Below, in pieces: positions 50,676-60,391 of a DNA stretch of 64,000 nucleotides. The notes beneath the pieces were generated by a model. That model did no database searches and was not told where the DNA came from. It was given only the letters and a program-made list of their open reading frames with translations. A program made the translations under genes and the position numbers. Origin of the DNA: Mobula hypostoma (lineage: Eukaryota); contig NC_086118.1 in NCBI RefSeq assembly GCF_963921235.1, forward strand, positions 13,642,001-13,706,000. The letters run 5' to 3'. The stretch's first letter is position 1. Each line of letters opens with the position of its first letter.

Positions 50676-52356
50676 TGGCTGACCAATTTGAAAAAGCAAT
50701 TAAGAATTATCTACAATGCAAGACTAAGCAGGAGTCACGAGAGTTTCTTCCCGAAAGATCATTAGTGATCCAGTGCTTTTTTTAAAACTACAATCCATTC
50801 ATTTCAAGATTGCAATTAACATTAACATTAGACTATAAATCCCATTGCCTATATTGTTAAACAGCTAGTGAATAGATATTTGTTAAGTGAATGCCCTGCA
50901 ACAGTTCCAAGTCCCCTTTGGTACAGATACTTTCAGAAATCATTTATATCACATGAGTGTGAGTGAAAAATGAATGTGTGAGGAAGGAAGTGAAATGATT
51001 GCTTTCTGTAAGCCAATGTGTATCTCATGGCCTTTTGAGTGAAAGCAAACAGATGAGACCCTGTTAAATTATCTTCAACAGGAATTATATTTAGCTTAGC
51101 CTAAATAATCTGTGCAAGGTTTTGGCAACGTTGATTAGGCTTAAACTCATTGTATAACTCACAGTCAAGTGGTCATTTACTGTGAAACATTTCTCAGTCA
51201 CTGTTTTAGGTAATTAGTCAGCCACTTCTACTGCAGGCCTGCTGAGGTTTCTACAGTATCCAGTTCATAGGTTTCCTTGTTATTTAACGAAGTTGAACAT
51301 GATACTGAAGAGTAATTCTATTTCAAGAGATATCTGCATGGTTCTTGTGAAATTCTAGATGATGATTAGTTTCCCCTGATGTGTTTCCGAAGGCACGTGG
51401 CTCTTGCAATGTACTTACAGATGATGAGGCTGTCTCCATTTCTTGGGAACTTACGTATCTTCATAACCCTTTACATTGTATATATTCAATGCCAGTCATG
51501 GCTTGTTGAGCCTAGAGTTAATCCATATCTCATGTACAAGTCAGTTCACTCACATTGATCTAGTCTTCACGCCATTAATCCGTTAAGATAGCATCTTTAT
51601 CTCATCATGCATCAATGTCTCACTGCTCTTCAGGCTTATCCTACAGATATCAACTCCAAAAGCCAAATGTGCCAAGGGGTTCTTTGTCTGGTAGATCTGC
51701 AGAGATTTCCTTTGATCTGAAGTGAAAAGGATGTAGGCCTTATGCTCCCTACTTCATAGCCGGACTGCAAAGAAGCACAACTTTTATTTGGCAAAGTAAT
51801 TGGCATATCCCTTCAACTCTGGTCAACTTTCAATATTAATTCTAATATTTGTCAATCGGCCAACTTCATATTAATTTGCTGATTGACACTTGGAGTGAGT
51901 GAGAATCAGATAGGGCTGTGAGTAAATGCAAATGTTTTAGTAGATATCTATTTATTACTGTTGGTAATGTGGAATTAAGCTGCAGAGAAATAGCCCGTTC
52001 AGTCTGAACCATTCCACATTTTCTGCATGAACCATCTTCATTTATTTTCATGCTCATGCTTGTCTTTCTTTTCCCTTTTATGTTATTTAATCCCTTTTCA
52101 AAGAATGGGTGAATTCTACCTCCGTGGGGCCACGTAGTGGGGAATACTTCAGGAATTTATCGAATTTATTGACTGACAGCACAGAGGACACCTCATGCAT
52201 GGAGATATTGTGTGAGACATATACTTAGCAGTTGGATAAAAAGAAGAGGATAATTATCCTAATATGCTGTTTAATCTGACTGTTTAATTGTCATGCAACA
52301 CACATCAAAGTTGCTGGTGAACGCAGCAGGCCAAGCAGCATCTGTAGGAAGAGGCG

Positions 52357-52398
52357 CAGTTGACGTTTCAGGCCGAGACCCTTCGTCAGGACTAACTG
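52357..52398 (-). ncRNA. Minimal hammerhead ribozyme motif in the PLE 3' pLTR
   Basis: CAGUUAGUC-CUGACGA-AGGGUCUCGGCCU-GAAAC-GUC/AACUG. Confidence 0.78.
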
Positions 52399-52687
52399 AA
52401 GGAAGAGTGAGTAAGGGATTTGAAAGCTGGAGGGGGAGGGGGAGATGCAAAATGATAGGAGAAGACAGGAGGGGGCAGGATGGAGCCAAGAGCTGGACAG
52501 GTGATAGGCAAAAGGGGATACGAGAGGATCATGGGACAGGAGGTCCGGGAAGAAAGACAAGGGGGGGGGTGACCCAGAGGATGGGCAAGAGGCATATTCA
52601 GAGGGACAGAGGGAGAAAAAGGAGAGTGAGAGAAAGAATGTGTGCATAAAAAGGAGTAACAGATGGGGTACGAGGGGGAGGTGGGGC

Positions 52688-55600
52688 CTAGCGGAAGTTA
52701 GAGAAGTCAATGTTCATGCCATCAGGTTGGAGGCTACCCAGACGGAATATAAGGTGTTGTTCCTCCAACCTGAGTGTGGCTTCATCTTTACAGTAGAGGA
52801 GGCCGTGGATAGACATGTCAGAATGGGAATGGGATGTGGAATTAAAATGTGTGGCCACTGGGAGATCCTGCTTTCTCTGGCGGACAGAGCGTAGATGTTC
52901 AGCAAAGCGGTCTCCCAGTCTGCGTCGGGTCTCACCAATATACAAAAGGCCACATCGGGAGCACCGGACGCAGTATATCACCCCAGTCGACTCACAGGTG
53001 AAGTGATGCCTCACCTGGAAGGACTGTTTGGGGCCCTGAATGGTGGTAAGGGAGGAAGTGTAAGGGCATGTGTAGCACTTGTTCCGCTTACACGGATAAG
53101 TGCCGGGAGGGAGATCAGTGGGGAGGGATGGGGGGGACGAATGGACAAGGGAGTTGTGTAGGGAGCGATCCCTGCAGAATGCAGAGAGAGGGGGGGAGGG
53201 AAAGATGTGCTTAGTGGTGGGATCCCGTTGGAGGTGGCGGAAGTTACGGAGAATAATATGTTGGACCCGGAGGCTGGTGGGGTGGTAGGTGAGGACCAGG
53301 GGAACCCTATTCCTAGTGGGGTGGTGGGAGGATGGAGTGAGAGCAGATGTACGTGAAATGGAGGAGATGCGTTTAAGAGCAGAGTTGATAGTGGAGGAAG
53401 GGAAGGCCCTTTCTTTAAAAAATGAAGACATCTCCCTCGTCCTAGAATGAAAAGCCTCATCCTGAGAGCAGATGCGGCGGAGACGGAGGAATTGCGAGAA
53501 GGGGATGGCGTTTTTGCAAGAGACAGGGTGAGAAGAGGAATAGTCCAGATAGCTGTGAGAGTCAGTAGGCTTATAGTAGATATCAGTGGATAAGCTGTCT
53601 CCAGAGACAGAGACAGAAAGATCTAGAAAGGGGAGGGAGGTGTCAGAAATAGACCAGGTAAACTTGAGGGCAAGGTGAAAGTTGGAGGCAAAGTTAATAA
53701 AGTCAACGAGTTCTGCATGCGTGCAGGAAGCAGCGCCAATGCAGTCGTCGATATAGCGAAGGAAAAGTGGGGGACAGATACCAGAATAGGCACGGAACAT
53801 AGATTGTTCCACAAACCCAACAAAAAGGCAGGCATAGCTAGGACCCATACGGGTGCCCATAGCTACACCTTTAGTTTGAAGGAAATGGGAGGAGCAAAAG
53901 GAGAAATTATTAAGAGTAAGGACTAATTCCGCTAGACGGAGCAGAGTGGTGGTAGAGGGGAACTGATTAGGTCTGGAATCCAAAAAGAAGCGTAGAGCGT
54001 TGAGACCTTCCTGATGGGGGATGGAAGTATATAAGGACTGGACATCCATGGTGAAAATAAAGCGGTGGGGGCCAGGGAACTTAAAATCATCGAAAAGTTT
54101 AAGAGCATGAGAAGTGTCACGAACATAGGTCGGAAGGGATTGAACAAGGGGTGATAAAACAGTGTCGAGGTATGCAGAAACGAGTTCGGTGGGGCAGGAG
54201 CAAGCTGAGACAATAGGTCGGCCAGGACAGGCAGGTTTGTGGATCTTGGGTAGGAGGTAGAAACGGAAAGTGCAGGGTTTGGGAACTATAAGGTTGGTAG
54301 CAGTGGATGGGAGATCCCCTGAGCGGATGAAGTCGTTGATAGTGTGGGAGACAATGGCCTGGTGCTCCTTAGTGGGGTCACGATCGAGGGGTAAATAAGA
54401 GGAGGTATCCGCGAGTTGTCGCTGTGCCTCGGCAAGGTAGAGGTCAGTACGCCAGACTACAACAGCACCCCCTTTATCAGCGGGTTTAATAATAAGGTTA
54501 GGATTAGTGCGGAGGGAGTGGAGAGCAGAGCGTTCCGAAGGAGTGAGGTTGGAATGGGGACAAGGTGCGGTGAAGTCGAGACGGTTGATGTCCCGTCGGC
54601 AGTTGGCAATAAAGAGATCCAGAGCAGGCAGAAGACCAGAGCGGGGTGTCCATGAAGAAGAGGAGGGTTGAAGACGGGAGAAGGGGTCATCGGTGGGGGT
54701 GGAAGAGTCCTTGCCGAAGAAGTAGGCTCGGAGACGGAGACGGCGGAAGAAAAGTTCCGCATCATGGCGAACACGGAACTCGCTGAGGTGTGGGCGAAGG
54801 GGGACAAAGGTGAGGCCCTTACTGAGAACAGAGCGTTCTGCCTCTGAGAGTTGAAGGTCAGAGGGGATGGTAAAGACCCGGCACGGATGAGAGCTGGGAT
54901 CAGAGGGGGGACGGGGGAGGCTGGGGGTGTCAATGGAGAGGGGAGGGTTGGGGTGAGAGGAAGATGGAGCCTCTGAGGGCCCAGGAGTTGACGGTGGGAT
55001 CTGAGGAAGACGGGGCTGCGGAGTGGTGGTGGGGGAAGGGGAGACGGGAGTCACAACAGCAGCACGTAAAGACCCGGCCTGGAGTTCAAGGCTGGAGTCG
55101 CAGTTGGTGGTTGCGTAATCATTTCGAATGTGTCCATGGTCGTTGCTGGAGTCCGGGTTTTGAATATGTCCTGAGGTGTTGGAGCCGCCGAGATCAATGG
55201 CAGGCGCCGCAATTGAAAGTTCATGCCTGCTAGCGTCGGGGCCGGCAGGCTCTGGAGTCCGTAGATGTAAGATCTTACGATCTTTGCCTAACATGACAAA
55301 GTCAAAAAAACGGCAATTGCAGGCGTGGATCCGACGGAGGATGAAATAGCGGGTAGGACCATTACAGACGGCGAAGAAAGTGTCCCGAAGGTGTGGAAGG
55401 GTCTGGTATAGGGACACCAAGTACCTCCTCATGACGGAGAGCATCGCCTTCAGAGCTTGACGGGAGAAGCGACGAGAGGCAGAGTCAATAAAATGTGAGT
55501 ACCTGGGATCCTCAGAAGGTCCAAATTGAGAGGCTTGGAAACGAGTCCTAAAGCCAACTGGAGTAAGTTGGCGACGGAGGCACGTTCCAAGAAAGGATAC

Positions 55601-55738
55601 ATGGCTGTGATAGCGAGTCTGAGTCAAAATGTGGTCGAAAAGTTGAAGAGCCGAAGAAATTACAGATGGGGAGCAGTGAGAGATGGTTTCACTGAACTCC
55701 CGTCGAAGAGAGGATCTAAACTTCTTCGGTGTAGGCAT
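52688..55738 (-). CDS. PLE polyprotein: reverse transcriptase + GIY-YIG endonuclease (~1016 aa from the first ATG)
   Basis: KPADKG, YLLPKIHK, GRPIVS, MDVQSLYTSI, QTKGVAMG, RYIDD, PFLD; Cys linker CKRNKCYTC; VIYCVRCSRCGLLYIGET..RFAEH..VATHF. The ORF-track start at 55813 is a TTG inside the pLTR. Confidence 0.95.
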   Translation of the reverse strand: MPTPKKFRSSLRREFSETISHCSPSVISSALQLFDHILTQTRYHSHVSFLGTCLRRQLTPVGFRTRFQASQFGPSEDPRYSHFIDSASRRFSRQALKAMLSVMRRYLVSLYQTLPHLRDTFFAVCNGPTRYFILRRIHACNCRFFDFVMLGKDRKILHLRTPEPAGPDASRHELSIAAPAIDLGGSNTSGHIQNPDSSNDHGHIRNDYATTNCDSSLELQAGSLRAAVVTPVSPSPTTTPQPRLPQIPPSTPGPSEAPSSSHPNPPLSIDTPSLPRPPSDPSSHPCRVFTIPSDLQLSEAERSVLSKGLTFVPLRPHLSEFRVRHDAELFFRRLRLRAYFFGKDSSTPTDDPFSRLQPSSSSWTPRSGLLPALDLFIANCRRDINRLDFTAPCPHSNLTPSERSALHSLRTNPNLIIKPADKGGAVVVWRTDLYLAEAQRQLADTSSYLPLDRDPTKEHQAIVSHTINDFIRSGDLPSTATNLIVPKPCTFRFYLLPKIHKPACPGRPIVSACSCPTELVSAYLDTVLSPLVQSLPTYVRDTSHALKLFDDFKFPGPHRFIFTMDVQSLYTSIPHQEGLNALRFFLDSRPNQFPSTTTLLRLAELVLTLNNFSFCSSHFLQTKGVAMGTRMGPSYACLFVGFVEQSMFRAYSGICPPLFLRYIDDCIGAASCTHAELVDFINFASNFHLALKFTWSISDTSLPFLDLSVSVSGDSLSTDIYYKPTDSHSYLDYSSSHPVSCKNAIPFSQFLRLRRICSQDEAFHSRTREMSSFFKERAFPSSTINSALKRISSISRTSALTPSSHHPTRNRVPLVLTYHPTSLRVQHIILRNFRHLQRDPTTKHIFPSPPLSAFCRDRSLHNSLVHSSPPSLPTDLPPGTYPCKRNKCYTCPYTSSLTTIQGPKQSFQVRHHFTCESTGVIYCVRCSRCGLLYIGETRRRLGDRFAEHLRSVRQRKQDLPVATHFNSTSHSHSDMSIHGLLYCKDEATLRLEEQHLIFRLGSLQPDGMNIDFSNFR

Positions 55739-56949
55739 CACCGGAAGAGGCTTCGCAGTAGTGAATTTAAACGCAAACAACAGGAATTCTGCAGATGCTG
55801 GAAATTCAAGCAACGTACATCAAAGTTGCTGGTGAACGCAGCAGGCCATGTTTAATTAGCAGAAGATGTTTAATTGTCATCTTCTTTGCAGTTTAACAAT
55901 CAATTTATCTGCTTGTATCTTAAGTAGCCTTTCTATACATAACAGTTTAATATGCCTCTAGTGGCTATGCAAAGTATAATTCTAAACCTTTTTTATTCTT
56001 TAATTAAGTGGCTAGCCTTTTCTCATTGGTTGATTTTACAGTGGTATAAAATAAGTATTTTCTAACTGGTTATCTCTTATCAATGGAATTTTCTTATCTT
56101 TTGTGTATAAAAGTAGTAGGGCACCATCTTTATATTCTCTCTTCTTCAAGTAGTAAGAGCCCCTGTCGCAGTTCTTTCCTGTTCTCTTTGTTCTGTCAAC
56201 TCCGAATAAAACAGTTGTGAACCAACAAGTTTTATGCCTCATTCCTAACTTCTAAAAGAACCTTGGATTTAAACACCAGAATCCAATAATGCCTGTTACC
56301 TTTCTTTACAATTATAATAACTTCATTACTGTTACTTCAAACTATCTGCAGCCTTTGGGTCACTTACTGAGAATGCTCAAACTTGACATATCTCTTTTCT
56401 AACTAACTTTAAATAATGATTGCATCACATTTGGGCCCAGTTTAGATCTGTCATGCATCCAGTAATGAAATCCAATATTAGCTTTCACTCATTGCTCTAA
56501 TATACCCATACTAAACTTCAGGACTTTTTGATAAGTTCTAGAATTTTCACATATCTCTGATCTTACTTTTGTTAAATATTTGCTATTTATATAAGAAAAG
56601 ACACTTTTTTAAGGTGAATTGGAGGAGGGGAGATCCTGGTGGTGAGTTTTTTTTTACATTATGAGTGGTTAATATTTGGAACATGATGCAAGAGAAAGTG
56701 GTAGATTCAGGTACAGCAACTATGCTTAAGTGGCACTGAAACGGGAACTTGAGTGGGAATTACATAATAGGATGTGCAAACAAATAGGACTAATGCAGGC
56801 AGGCAAAAAGCTGGCATGGATATTGTGGACCAAAGACCTTGTTCATTACTGTACAACTTTATGTGTCCATTTAAAGCACATTTCCGTCATTTCTCAAGGG
56901 TTGATTTAGCCAAATAACTCCAGCAAACACATATTGTTTATCCTCCAAG

Positions 56950-57925
56950 AGGACCATAACCTTGTCGTAGGGTTTGGAGGCTTGTGTGCCTCAATGACTT
57001 GGAGAGCTATGCTGGCTGGAGTCAGGGCATGATGCCAAACAGGTCAAAAGGTAGAGGCCAGACTAAAAGTGGTTCAGTGGCCCTCCAGGTTCAGGGGGTC
57101 AGCTCAGGGCTAAAAGTTCTGACTTGTCAAAAAAAAATCATTATGGAAACAGCAATGAAGAATCCTTCTATATCTGTGTGTATCACTACTTCTCTGTCTC
57201 CACCTGGGATTTGCATGACGGAGAGTAGTGAAAACTGAGAGGAAGATATTGGCATGATGAAGGAAGCCTTGAACATTACCAAGACCAAAATTTGTTTTTG
57301 GAATGTATTTACCATGTACAACTCAGGCAAGCTAGCACAAATAACTGCAGAAATGCGTCATTTCATCCTACATATACTGGGTGTCAGCGAAAACAGATGG
57401 ATGGGGCCTGAGGACTAATGGCAGCAACTGGTGAAACAGTTTTATATTCAGGAAGGAATAATGGTCAGATCAACCAAGTACAGCGTCCATATCAAGGTAA
57501 AGTTGTACCAGAGCTTTGTTCTCTCCACACTCTTGTATGTGTCAGAATGCTGGTGCATGACAGAGATGATCTTGCCAAGCCTTTGTCATTCCACACCACG
57601 AACAGATTCTCCATATTTTCTGGCCAAGGAGGATCACCAACCAAACCCTAATCTTTCAGTGTCACCAGGAGGACATAGCCACAATCATCATGAGGAAACA
57701 CTGGAGGTGGATTGGGCCTATGATAAGAAGAGAGGCCAACTCCATCATAAAGATAGCACTTCATTCGACCTGTGAAGGGAGGGAGAAATGAAAACTAGGC
57801 ATCATACCAAAGAGGCAGAAGTGAAGACCCTAAACCACACCTGGGGCAAGATCGCCAAGGACAGGCAGGGATGGAGGACTTCATTGCTGTCCTAAGCACC
57901 TGCAGCATAACAGACAGTAACGAAC
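56950..57925 (+). mobile_element. Internally deleted RTE-clade LINE
   Basis: 5'UTR ACCTTGTCGTAGGGTTTGGAGG..; APE start KICFWNVFTM..ILGVSENRW joined to the RT C-terminus KVKLYQSFVLSTLLYVSECW..RWIG..AKDRQGWR. Confidence 0.8.
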
Positions 57926-59954
57926 AATAGGAATTATGGGATTTTAATGATATTTAATGAAAAGTTTCTTGATTATTTAACTATTATTTCAAAAATAACT
58001 TGTCTTCCCTTAGTGTCAACATAGCAAAGCATTCTTAATGCAAGCCATCTTAATGCAAAGGCTTTTATTTTACAGATTTAATTGGGCAATCGCAAAATGT
58101 TTACAAGTTACCTTTCATCATGGCAGGAGCCAGGAATCTACCTAGGCTCCCTTGAAGTAGTTGAACTCTATTTTCTGATTCAATTCCAGCAGCAATGCCA
58201 ATCCTGACCTCAAAGTCAGACAAGTTTTTCTAACATGAACAGCATCTTCTGTGTCTTGTCCCAATCATTATTCTGTTGCACTCTCACAGACCCTAATTTC
58301 AGTGAGGTCTCTTTCAGCCTGTGTAAACTTTGAAGCTGTCTGTGCAATAAGTGTCTGTATTCAAGAGAGTCTCAATGGTTTGAGTAACTGGCAACATGCC
58401 CAGCCTTGCTTGATCTTGCTCTTCAGAAGGCAGCGCTGAAAATGAGAGTGATCTTTTTCCTTTGACATCAATTGTTTAGTTTCTTGGAACAGTTTCCCTT
58501 TCTGCTTTTAAAACTGCATTTAAATTTATGTTTCATGAAGACTGAATCCTCTTAAATCCTTGCAATTACTACAGTGCTCTTTAGCATTATGATTAGACCT
58601 AATCAGCTCCCAGCAGATTTAAACCAATCTCTCCTGTGTCAAGGCAACTGCTGCCTTGCAGATTAGGTGGAACAGTGTAGACATTTCTTTTCCCTGTTGG
58701 ATGTTATCAACTGTGTTCATTGTCAATGATCACTCTTAATACTTTTTTGATGATTTGTGCTAACTTTGCCCTCTCTGGAGAATCTAAATATCCCTCCCTA
58801 TAGGAAGGCTTCTTCATCAGTATTAATCTTCGGAAAGGAGAAATAGAATTTGAATGAAGCTATTGTGCAATGTGTTTCTTCCATATATTACACTGGCAAT
58901 ACAATGTTATTAATTTCCTTTGATTTTTTCATTTGCATTGAGAATACATTCATTGTTGTACTATTTTTGATATGATATATTTTAACTATGATATTTTGTA
59001 ACTAATATTATAATATCATTGTTTTAAAATCCTCGCCTGCATGCTGAGTTTTGATCCATTCCTATATGTTGACTAAATTAGATGATAATAAGAAAATAAT
59101 TAACCGCAGGACAGAGTGACGAATGGTTTGATCAATGACTGCCAATACTTCTTAAATATTAGAACCTATTCCAAGATCTAATCTTGCTTCATCACTGCTA
59201 ACTTGCTTTTAAGTAGACATTCCTTTTTTGGATCAACTACACGGGTTGCTCTTGGCAAGGAACACTCCCTGGGGCTTCAGTGCCAGCTCTCAGTTGGCAT
59301 AATCACCACTGAAAATTTACAAGGATGCACTTGGCTGAAAGGATACTTGTGAAATGTTGCCATACGAGAAACTATGTAGAAGATTTGTTCATACTTGCTT
59401 CAACAAGAATTCCAGGTTAAGAAGTATTTCATAATTCTTATGAAATAGAAAAGGATCTAACATCGGTGGGGGGTTGCGGTGGGGGGTGTTGTCTGATGTC
59501 TCTGTATTATATTCAATGAAGTTCAGAAGGACAAAGAGGGTTCTCATGGAAACCTACTAAATACAGAAAGGCCAAAATATCTGTCGATTGAATGTGGATA
59601 GTATATTTCCATTAATAAGAGAGTCTTGGGTCGGAGTACATAGCCTTAGAATAAAGGGGCAAGAAACTGAAGAGGGTTGTGGACACAGATCAGTACATCA
59701 CAGAAACCAGTTTCCCCTCTATGGACTCTGTCTATACTTTCTGCTACTTCAGTAAAGCAGCCAGTCTTAATCAAAGGCCCTACCACTACAGGCATTCATC
59801 CTTATTCTCCCTCCCTTCAGGCAGGAGATGCAAAAGCCTGAAAGCACATAGCACCAGGCTCAAGGACTGCCACAATCCCAGTGTTGAACAGACTTCATAT
59901 ACATTAAGATGGACTCTTGGACTCACAATCTGCCTTGATATAATTTTGCAATTT

Positions 59955-60065
59955 ATCCTAAAGAAGGGTCACAGCCTGAAACCTCGGCTCAGTGACCTGC
60001 TGAGTTCCTCCAATATTTTATGTGTGTTGTTTTGGATCTCCGGCAACTGCAGAATTTCTCATGTA
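59955..60065 (+). mobile_element. PLE pLTR fragment with degenerate HHR inside a Rex1 3' end
   Basis: CCTAAAGAAGGGTCACAGCCTGAAAC..GACCTGCTGAGTTCCTCC. Confidence 0.7.
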
Positions 60066-60391
60066 TACAGTTTGCCGTGCTTTCTGGCAGCTTTTAAACT
60101 TGATTCAACATTGTTATTGTTTTATCTTATTCTAACTCAATGCACTCTGTAGTGATTTGATCTGTACGAACAGTATGCAAGACAAACTTTTCCCTGTATC
60201 TTCATAGATGTGACGATAATAAGCCAATACCAATACATCCTTTAGAAACTGAGATGAGACAGAATTTCTTTAGCCAGAGTGATTGTGTATCTGTGAATTT
60301 CTTTGACACAGAGGGCTGTGAAAGTCAAGTCATTGGGTGCATTTATGGCAAAGATTGATAAGTTCTTGATTGATAATAGGGTTAAGGCTGA

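Larger units (their letters stand above)
52295..55848 (-). mobile_element. Full-length Penelope-like element (Neptune-type)
   Basis: Intact ORF; 39-bp terminal direct repeat (52295-52333 / 55810-55848); HHR; flanking TGTTTAATTGTCAT at 52281-52294 and 55867-55880. Confidence 0.95.

Noticed and set aside
51000..52060. Possible decayed large exon on the minus strand
   Set aside because: Stops in the minus frames I translated and no recognisable homology.
52714..55855. Overlapping and antisense ORFs within the PLE
   Set aside because: Shadow frames of a GC-rich coding region; no independent motifs.
55881..56275. Possible solo LTR (ATTGG, TATAAAAG, AATAAA, ends ACA) hosting the PLE insertion
   Set aside because: Could not define a 5' boundary or TSD; such motifs are common in AT-rich DNA.
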